Below, one piece after another: positions 1-6,090 of a DNA stretch of 15,858 bases. A program made the translations under genes and the position numbers. A model generated the notes under the pieces. It saw nothing but the letters and a program-made list of their open reading frames with translations. It was not told the origin of the DNA and did no database searches. Where the stretch lies: positions 1-15,858 of the forward strand of contig JALUTT010000029.1 of assembly GCA_027021705.1 (NCBI GenBank). The letters run 5' to 3'. How positions within the stretch are numbered: the first letter of the stretch is position 1; each line of letters starts with the position of its first letter. The DNA is from Anaerolineae bacterium (GTDB lineage: Bacteria; Chloroflexota; Anaerolineae; S140-20).

Positions 1-630
1 GGCCCTGTAGCTCCCGTCCTCTTCCCGCACCACCTCGACCCACGGCTCTTCCCGACCACAGAGGGCGCAGCCCAGGCCTATCGTCCAGAGGCCGGGGCCC
101 CCACCCCCCTTCCCCATCGCCGGCCGGTGGAAGGTCACCACCTCGCCCCTCAGCAGCGCCCCCAGGCTCAGCCCGGCCAGGGCGGCCATCGCCAGGAGCT
201 GCCCCTGCTCCAGCAGCCAGCGCACCGCCTGCCATTCGGGCTGATGAAGCAGCCAGGGCCACCACCGCCCCCCACCTTGCCACACCCACTGCACCCAGGG
301 GATCAGGCTCACCCAGGCCGGCCCCTCCCGGCCGCTGAGATGCCACAAGCCTCCCGGCAACAGGCTACGCAGAAGGGGGATGTGCCAGGTGCGAGACAGA
401 TACCACCGGCCGGCACCGGGATGGACGCCGTCACACCTCGGGCTATGGCGTCGCCCATACCGTTGACCTCCTGGAACCACCACCACCTGGGGCGGGCAGG
501 TGAGCCAGCCCGCCTGGCTTTCAGGCATGGAGCCGAGGACGGCCAGGACAAGGATGCTGAGCACCACCAGGGCGTGCAGACGAAGCTGTGACTGTTCCAC
601 AACTGGTGAAAATCCCAAGTGGTGGGGCAC
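1..630 (-). CDS. Hypothetical protein, 3' end outside the window; N-terminal hydrophobic segment, Trp-rich region and CxxC motif; possibly transposase-associated
   Basis: Not in the ORF track because it has no stop in the window. By hand, the minus frame is open from 837 to 1: ...EQSQLRLHALVVLSILVLAVLGSMPESQAGWLTCPPQ...GLGCALCGREEPWVEVVREEDGSYRA. Candidate starts: GTG 630 (GGAGGGGGAG at 652..643), GTG 600, ATG 831. Start and function are uncertain. Confidence 0.6.
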   Translation of the reverse strand, partial: MPHHLGFSPVVEQSQLRLHALVVLSILVLAVLGSMPESQAGWLTCPPQVVVVPGGQRYGRRHSPRCDGVHPGAGRWYLSRTWHIPLLRSLLPGGLWHLSGREGPAWVSLIPWVQWVWQGGGRWWPWLLHQPEWQAVRWLLEQGQLLAMAALAGLSLGALLRGEVVTFHRPAMGKGGGGPGLWTIGLGCALCGREEPWVEVVREEDGSYRA

Positions 631-796
631 AGACCTGATGTTCTCCCCCTCCACAGCCCGTATGTGGGGCGAGCACCGCCTTCCGACCCCGTTTTCGCTA
701 CCCCAGTGGGGTGATCTAGGGAATGTCACCGAACTTGGAACAGTCACCGAAGCTGAACCAGTTGAACAATCGGGGGTTTTGTAGTACAATGCATAG

Positions 797-856
797 GAGC
801 CAACCTCGCGGGGAAAGAGAGTAGGGTACATTGTACCCTATTTCGCGGGTTGGCTC
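797..856. repeat. Nested inverted repeat with a perfect central palindrome
   Basis: GAGCCAACC-T-CGCG (797-810) pairs with CGCG-GGTTGGCTC (844-856) and encloses TAGGGTACA-T-TGTACCCTA (822-840). Confidence 0.85.
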
Positions 857-1022
857 AAATTCATTATGGGCAAGCTCCCCCCCCTTTTTCGACCATTTTA
901 CGAAGCCCAGAGCCTATTTCGGCTACCTGTAGGTCCCCAACTTGATACGCTCGCGGCAATGCGATGAGGGCTGAGGTACCGAGGGGTGTAGGGCAGTTTT
1001 TCTCGGCCGCCGTCGGCCTCCC

Positions 1023-2195
1023 TCAACGGCTTGGACTTGGGCGATCGTCGGAGAGCAGACGGCGGTAGAGGGCCACCAGTTGCTCAGCAGCCTTCGACCA
1101 GGTGAAGCGGCGGGCTTGGTCCAGCCCCCGTCGGACCAGGGCCTCGCGCAACGGGCGGTCGGACAGCAGGCGGGCCATCGCCCGAGCCAGCCCTTCCACG
1201 TCCGTCGGCTCCACCAACAGGCCGGCCTCCCCCACGACCTCGGGGAGCGAAGAGGCGTTGGAGGCCACGACAGGAACCCCACAGGCCATCGCCTCCAGGA
1301 GGGGGAGGCCGAACCCTTCGTACAGGGAGGGGAAGGCGAAGAGGGCCGCCGATCGGTAGAGGGCCGGCAGGTCCTCGTCGGCGATGAAGCCGGGGAAGTG
1401 CACCCGGTCCGCCACCCCCAGCCGCTCTCCCTCGGCGAAGATGGCGTCGAAGAGCCACCCCCGCCCTCCGGCGATCACCAGATGGGGAGGCGTGCCCTCC
1501 CAGGTCACCCCCATCGCCGTGAGCCGGTGGAAGGCCCGGATGAGGCGCACGTAGTTCTTGCGCGGCTGGAGCGTGCCCACGCTGAGGATGAAGGGGGCGT
1601 CGGGCAGCCCGTAGCGGGTCCGGAGACGATCCCGCTCCCCCGGCTCCTGCCGGGGGGTGAACCGGGCATCTACACCGCTGTAGAGCACCGTGACCTTCTC
1701 CGGCGGTGCGCCGTAGAGGGCGATCAGGTCCTCGCGGGTCGCCTGGGAGTCGGCCAGGACGTGGTCGGCCCGGGCCACGGAGCGGGGCACGACCCGGTTC
1801 AGGTAGCGCCGCAGCGCCGGCGTAGCCGTCTCCGGCGCGCGCACGAAGGAGAGATCGTGGACGGTGAGGAGGGTGCGCGTGCCGGGCCGGGTGGGAGGCA
1901 GGACGAAGTCGGTGGCGTGGAAGAGGTCCAGCGGGCCGGTGAAGCGCTCGACGGGCAGGGGGAGACGCAGCCGGTGCCAGAGGCGGGCTAGCCAGCGGTC
2001 GGAGAGGGGCGAAAAGCGCAGGGAAAAGTTGGGGGGGAGGGCAGGCCGTGCGAACCGATCCGAGGGACCGGCGATGAAGAGGAGGTAGGACGTCTCCTGG
2101 TCGAGGGCGGCTAGGGCACGGACCAGCTCCCGGACGTAGCGTCCGATCCCGCCGCCCTGGTGGACCGCCGGAGTGTAGTCAATGCCGATCCGCAT
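1023..2195 (-). CDS. Glycosyltransferase family 4 (GT-B, MtfB/mannosyltransferase-like)
   Basis: N-terminal MRIGID...GGIGRY, TVHDLSF, VGTLQPRKN and the PSLYEGFGLPLLEAM (EX7E) motifs typical of GT4. Start is ATG 2195 or the adjacent GTG 2198. Confidence 0.95.
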   Translation of the reverse strand: MRIGIDYTPAVHQGGGIGRYVRELVRALAALDQETSYLLFIAGPSDRFARPALPPNFSLRFSPLSDRWLARLWHRLRLPLPVERFTGPLDLFHATDFVLPPTRPGTRTLLTVHDLSFVRAPETATPALRRYLNRVVPRSVARADHVLADSQATREDLIALYGAPPEKVTVLYSGVDARFTPRQEPGERDRLRTRYGLPDAPFILSVGTLQPRKNYVRLIRAFHRLTAMGVTWEGTPPHLVIAGGRGWLFDAIFAEGERLGVADRVHFPGFIADEDLPALYRSAALFAFPSLYEGFGLPLLEAMACGVPVVASNASSLPEVVGEAGLLVEPTDVEGLARAMARLLSDRPLREALVRRGLDQARRFTWSKAAEQLVALYRRLLSDDRPSPSR

Positions 2196-2231
2196 CACGC
2201 CCCTGCATCCCCTTCCGGGGTGCTCATTGCC

Positions 2232-2726
2232 CTACTCGACGTCGTTGTAGGTCCAGTAGCGGTTGACGAAGAAGTTCCAGAACATCACGATGCCCACCGC
2301 CAGGGCCAGGGCCAGGTTGTTGCCCAACCGCTGGGCGGTAACCGGCCCCCACGCCGTCAGGTGGGCGACCAGCCGCCCCAGGGGCCTCCGGGTGAGCCAG
2401 AGGATGGGGATGCGAATGACGATGCCGGCCGCGTTGACGACGAAGAACTGGAGGAACTGCCCTGCCACCGGTTTGGAGCGGGAATCCGGGTAGGTCCAGT
2501 AGCGGTTCCAGAGGAAGTTGCTACAGATGGCCAAGACGAAGGAGATGGCACCGGCCAGCTCAGGCAGCAGGCCAAAGACGTTGACCATCAGGTTAAAGGA
2601 CCCAAAGTCTACGACGGCCCCGATAGCTCCGACAATGCTGAACTTGACGAACCGTTCCAGTTCCTTCTGATTGGCCCGGGCCAGGGCCAGGAGTCGCCCG
2701 GTGAGAGGCGAGCTTTGGTTGAGCAT
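2232..2726 (-). CDS. GtrA-family small membrane protein (putative lipid-linked sugar flippase)
   Basis: RFVKFSIVGAIGAVVDF start, internally duplicated NFxxNRYWTY motif, about 4 hydrophobic segments; GAGGA upstream of the ATG. Confidence 0.92.
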   Translation of the reverse strand: MLNQSSPLTGRLLALARANQKELERFVKFSIVGAIGAVVDFGSFNLMVNVFGLLPELAGAISFVLAICSNFLWNRYWTYPDSRSKPVAGQFLQFFVVNAAGIVIRIPILWLTRRPLGRLVAHLTAWGPVTAQRLGNNLALALAVGIVMFWNFFVNRYWTYNDVE

Positions 2727-2780
2727 TACGTCATCCTCGATGGTTGGCTACCCAAGGCGATCATCGGACAAGGCGGAGGG

Positions 2781-2789
2781 ATTATACCA
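2781..2789 (-). promoter_or_regulatory. Extended -10 promoter element for the gtrA/GT4 pair
   Basis: Minus strand reads TG-G-TATAAT at 2789..2781, about 55 nt upstream of the gtrA start. Confidence 0.65.
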
Positions 2790-2888
2790 TCCTCCTGACA
2801 GACCAGCAAGATCGCTGTGGTCCCTATCGTCGGTTCGGTGTACAATACGCCCACTCTCATCCCTACGGATCATCGGAGGAAACGGTTT

Positions 2889-4052
2889 ATGGCTCAAGGA
2901 CAGACCCCAGACCTATTGGCCTACTTCACCGAACGGACGGAGGCGATGGTGACCTTCCTGCGCCGGCTCGTAGAGATGGAATCCCCTAGCCACGACAAGG
3001 CGGCAGTAGATGCGCTGGGCCAGGTGATCGCCCAGGAGGCTCGGTCGCGAGGCGCGACGGTACAGGTGGTGCGCCAGAAGCGGTGGGGGGATCACCTGAT
3101 CGCCCGGTGGCCTGGCCAAGATCCCCGTGTCCAGTTCCTGATCCTCTGCCACATGGACACCGTCTGGCCGGTGGGGCGGCTGGCCGAGCAGCCGGTGACG
3201 GTGCGGGATGGCCGGCTCTACGGTCCCGGCACCCACGATATGAAGGGGGGGATCGTGATCACCCTGGCGGTGCTCCAGGGGTTGCGGGAGCTGGGCCTGG
3301 AGCCCCTGCATCCGGTCACCGTCCTCTTCACCAGTGACGAGGAGGTGGGCAGCCAGACCTCCCAGCCCCTCATCGAGGCGGAGGCCCGCCGGAGCTGTCT
3401 TGTCTGTGTGATGGAGCCGGCCACTCCTGAAGGGGGGATCAAGACCGCCCGCAAAGGGACGGGCATCTTCACCGTGGTCGCCCGGGGGGTGGCAGCCCAC
3501 GCAGGAGCAGCCCACGATCAAGGGGTCAACGCCATCGAGGAGTTGGCGCACCAGATCCTCACCCTCCAAGGGATGACCGACTACGCACGGGGCACCACCG
3601 TCAACGTGGGGGTGGTCCGGGGCGGCGAGCGGCGCAACATCGTGCCCGACTGGGCAGAGGTGCTGGTGGACCTGCGGGTCTCCAGCCGGGCCGAGGGGGA
3701 GCGGATGGTGCAGGCGATCCAGGAACTCACCCCCCGGCTGCCGGGAGCGCGGTTGGAGGTGCGGGGCGAACTGCGTCGCCCTCCGATGGAGCGGGATGCC
3801 CAGATGGTGGCCACCTTCCGACGGGCCCAGGCCATCGCCTCCCGGATGGGGATCATCCTGCGGGAGGGGAGCAGCGGCGGCGCGTCGGACGGGAACTTTA
3901 CGGCGGCGATGGGCGTGCCGACGCTGGACGGGATGGGGACGATGGGGGATGGGGCCCACGCCATCCACGAGCACGTCCTCATCGCCAGCCTGCCCGAGCG
4001 GGCGGCCCTCCTGGCAGGTATCCTCACCTCCTGGGACGAGGCGGAGGGATGA
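2889..4052 (+). CDS. M20 family metallopeptidase (carboxypeptidase G2-like)
   Basis: Metal-site motifs CHMDTV, GPGTHDMKGG, SDEEVGS, MEP, GGASDGNF and GAH. GGAGG at 2875-2879 supports ATG 2889 over the longer ORF start at 2817; TACAAT at 2841-2846 is a possible -10. Confidence 0.93.
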   Translation: MAQGQTPDLLAYFTERTEAMVTFLRRLVEMESPSHDKAAVDALGQVIAQEARSRGATVQVVRQKRWGDHLIARWPGQDPRVQFLILCHMDTVWPVGRLAEQPVTVRDGRLYGPGTHDMKGGIVITLAVLQGLRELGLEPLHPVTVLFTSDEEVGSQTSQPLIEAEARRSCLVCVMEPATPEGGIKTARKGTGIFTVVARGVAAHAGAAHDQGVNAIEELAHQILTLQGMTDYARGTTVNVGVVRGGERRNIVPDWAEVLVDLRVSSRAEGERMVQAIQELTPRLPGARLEVRGELRRPPMERDAQMVATFRRAQAIASRMGIILREGSSGGASDGNFTAAMGVPTLDGMGTMGDGAHAIHEHVLIASLPERAALLAGILTSWDEAEG

Positions 4053-4441
4053 CGGAGGAGACGGGCGAACTGCTGCTGGTCGCCGCCGATTGGCGGAGCC
4101 GGGCCTTGTTGCTGGCGGAGCTCCAGGAGGCCGGCTTCCCTGTGCGGGCGGCACCGGGGATTCAGTGGGCCATCACCTGGCTGCTGCGCGGTCAGGTGAC
4201 CGCGCCGGCCCTGTTGGTGGTGGACGTGCACCAGGACCCGCTGGCCCTGCCCAACCAGGTGACTGCGCTCCAGCAGCTCAGCGGAGGGGCGCCGCTGGTG
4301 CTCATCGTCGGCGTCTACCAGCGGCGGGCTTTCGAGTCGTTGCGGGCCTCCTGTGCTGCCTTCCTGGTCCGGCCGGTCACCATTGGGCAGGTGGTGGCGG
4401 TCGTGCGCCGCCTCTGGCCGGCCCTCCCCAGTTCTCATTGA
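4049..4441 (+). CDS. Stand-alone, atypical receiver (CheY-like) domain protein
   Basis: Pattern LLLVAAD...LQEAGFPV...PALLVVD...PLVLIVG...FLVRPV matches the receiver fold; ATGA overlap with the peptidase stop. Confidence 0.75.
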   Translation: MTEETGELLLVAADWRSRALLLAELQEAGFPVRAAPGIQWAITWLLRGQVTAPALLVVDVHQDPLALPNQVTALQQLSGGAPLVLIVGVYQRRAFESLRASCAAFLVRPVTIGQVVAVVRRLWPALPSSH

Positions 4442-4487
4442 CTTCTCACCTCTTCCTCATCTTCCTTTAAGCTTTTCTGGCTATCCT
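4432..4487 (+). promoter_or_regulatory. Putative tandem regulator boxes with 11-bp period, followed by a -10-like hexamer
   Basis: TTCTCA 4432, TTCTCA 4443, TCCTCA 4454, CTTTAA 4465; TATCCT at 4482-4487. Confidence 0.45.
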
Positions 4488-4493
4488 TATGGG

Positions 4494-4701
4494 TAGTTGG
4501 CCGTGAGCTCCGGTGCCTATCCAGGATGGTTGGGAGAGGCAAAGTGGGATGGCACCGGGGACGAGGTGGAGCCGTTTAGCGCGACCTTCCCCTGCCCTGC
4601 GCTCAACGGCCGGAGCCCTTCGCCCGGAGGGAAGCGGATTCGGGCGACCCCCCTGTAGCAGGCTGACCCCACCGTGTTCGCGGTGGGGTCAGCGCGTTTT
4701 T
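4494..4701 (+). ncRNA. Candidate structured small RNA (or long structured 3' UTR)
   Basis: Three consecutive hairpins (4508-4560, 4571-4610, 4620-4647) followed by a terminator; no convincing ORF. Confidence 0.45.
4662..4701 (+). terminator. Rho-independent terminator
   Basis: Perfect 13-bp stem GCTGACCCCACCG (4662-4674) / CGGTGGGGTCAGC (4681-4693), then GCGTTTTT. Confidence 0.75.
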
Positions 4702-4800
4702 CCTCAGCCTCCCTGCCTTCCTGCCACCGAACGTTCAACGAATAGCTGACGGATGTCCGCTCTCAATTGGAGGAGCGGATTGAACGGAGGGGTGTCGGAC

Positions 4801-4829
4801 TTGACCGCTGGGGAGCTCTGTGCTAAGAT
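4801..4829 (+). promoter_or_regulatory. Sigma70-type promoter
   Basis: TTGACC (4801-4806), 17 bp spacer ending in TGC (extended -10), TAAGAT (4824-4829). Confidence 0.8.
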
Positions 4830-4835
4830 GTTCTC

Positions 4836-5016
4836 CAGATTCAGGGCTTCCCCGAGGAGTGCAGGGCTTATCAACCTTTAACCCTGGAGATTCCCGAGGT
4901 CTGAAAAGCGGTCCTGGGGGGCAATAGCCCTCCCTTTTCGAGGGCATTTCAAGGCGCAGATCGCCTTGCGTAGACCTCGGGGATCTGGATCTTGCTGGAG
5001 CCTCGTTGAGCCCTGG
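4836..5016 (+). ncRNA. Rod-shaped ~180 nt structured RNA, possibly 6S RNA, or a structured leader of the GNAT gene
   Basis: Begins right after the promoter. Nested stems 4841-4849/5008-5016, 4853-4857/5001-5005, 4861-4866/4990-4995, 4888-4903/4971-4986, 4908-4913/4959-4964, 4927-4932/4940-4945; unpaired pyrimidine/A-rich bubble 4867-4887. Confidence 0.5.
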
Positions 5017-5053
5017 AGAGGTGGGGGCTTCTGGCCCTCGAAGAGAGGGGACG

Positions 5054-5947
5054 ATGTCGCTTCGGTCCATCTTTCAGCGGCGGCCTCCAGAGCTCCAGGT
5101 GCGCATCGCCACACCGTCCGACCGACCGGCGCTGCAGCGGCTCTTCTACCACGGTCGGCGGGTGCACCTCCTCCTGGAGTGGTGGGATTGGGAGGAGTGG
5201 CTGGGCTGGCCCACCTTCCTGCTGGCGCTGGAGGGGGAGCAGCCTGTGGCCCTCCTCCTGGCCGTCCCCGAGGCCGGTGCGACCGCCTGGATCCGGGCAG
5301 CGGCGACCATCCTGAGCCGGGACGACGAGCAGGTTTGGTCGGCGCTCTTGCAGCGCTGCCGAGACGCTCTCCCGTCCCTGGGGATCGCCCGCCTGGCCTA
5401 CCTGGGCGACGACCTCTGGCTGGTCCCCGCCCTCGTACACCAGGGCTTCCAGCGGGTGAACCAGGTGATCACGCTGGAGCGGACAGGGCGGGCGCTCCCC
5501 CCCATCCCCATCCCCCCCAACACGACGGTCCGCATCCGACCCGCCACCCGGCGGGACATCCCGGCCATCGTTGGCGTGGACCAAGCGGCCTTCCCTCCCC
5601 TCTGGTGGTACAGCGAGATGGTCCTTCAGCGGGCGCTCCTGCAGGCTCACCATTTCCTGGTTGCCGAACGGGGGCAGAAGGTCGTGGGCTACCAGTTCAG
5701 CACCCTGCGGAAGCGGCACGGTCACATCGTCCGGCTGGCGATCCACCCCGCCTACCAGCGGCAGGGGATTGGACGGCGTCTCCTGCTGGAGGCGCTGCAC
5801 ACGCTGGCCCGGGCCGGGGCCACCGAGGTGACGGTGAACACCCAGGAGGACAACGACGCCTCCCGCCGCCTCTACGACCGGCTGGCCTTTCACCCCTTGG
5901 GCCACCGGGTGGGCGTCTGGATGTGGCAGAGCGGTGGCATGTCGTAG
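5054..5947 (+). CDS. Tandem GNAT-family N-acetyltransferase (C-terminal domain RimI-like)
   Basis: C-terminal domain has RLAIHPAYQRQGIGRRLL (acetyl-CoA motif A) and NTQEDNDASRRLYDRLAF; the N-terminal half is a degenerate GNAT domain (VRIATPSD...LVHQGF). GAGAGGGG precedes ATG 5054. Confidence 0.9.
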   Translation: MSLRSIFQRRPPELQVRIATPSDRPALQRLFYHGRRVHLLLEWWDWEEWLGWPTFLLALEGEQPVALLLAVPEAGATAWIRAAATILSRDDEQVWSALLQRCRDALPSLGIARLAYLGDDLWLVPALVHQGFQRVNQVITLERTGRALPPIPIPPNTTVRIRPATRRDIPAIVGVDQAAFPPLWWYSEMVLQRALLQAHHFLVAERGQKVVGYQFSTLRKRHGHIVRLAIHPAYQRQGIGRRLLLEALHTLARAGATEVTVNTQEDNDASRRLYDRLAFHPLGHRVGVWMWQSGGMS

Positions 5948-5978
5948 GGAAACCGTCAAGTTAAGGACCCGGCTCCTG

Positions 5979-5987
5979 TGGTATGAT
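5979..5987 (+). promoter_or_regulatory. Extended -10 element in a convergent intergenic gap
   Basis: TG-G-TATGAT at 5979-5987; no plus-strand gene follows. Confidence 0.55.
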
Positions 5988-5993
5988 AGGCCC

Positions 5994-6080
5994 CGCGCTG
6001 AAGGGATGGCCCCTCAGCGGATGATTTCTCTCCAATCGAGGCGCTGGGCGGTTTGAACCCCCAGGCGCCTCGTCCATTTT
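5994..6080 (+). ncRNA. Candidate ~87 nt two-hairpin small RNA
   Basis: Hairpin 5996-6019, single-stranded GATGATTTCTCTCCAAT linker, GC-rich hairpin 6037-6072 followed by TCCATTTT. Confidence 0.45.
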
Positions 6081-6090
6081 GGTGCCCCCT

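Noticed and set aside
127..784. Listed ORFs 127-591 (+), 309-602 (-) and 500-784 (+)
   Set aside because: The unlisted minus frame open to the window edge is longer and more protein-like; these are alternative or antisense frames.
4620..4640. CCGGAGGGAAGCGG resembling SRP RNA domain IV (CCGGAAGGAAGCAG)
   Set aside because: The upstream CAGG strand of the symmetric loop is missing and the segment folds as a different hairpin.
4729..4786. GAACGTTC palindrome and hairpins (CGTTCAA/TTGAACG, TCCGCTC/GAGCGGA) upstream of the 4801 promoter
   Set aside because: Not a LexA-type box (no 4-nt spacer between GAAC and GTTC); the stems are only 7 bp, too short to call in GC-rich DNA.
4901..4970. Hammerhead-like three-way junction starting CTGAAAAG
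   Set aside because: The core needs CUGANGA plus a downstream GAAA and a cleavage triplet; these are not present in the right arrangement.
5996..6030. Fluoride-riboswitch-like words (GATGG...GATGA..TCT)
   Set aside because: The pseudoknot complementarity is absent and there is no downstream same-strand gene.
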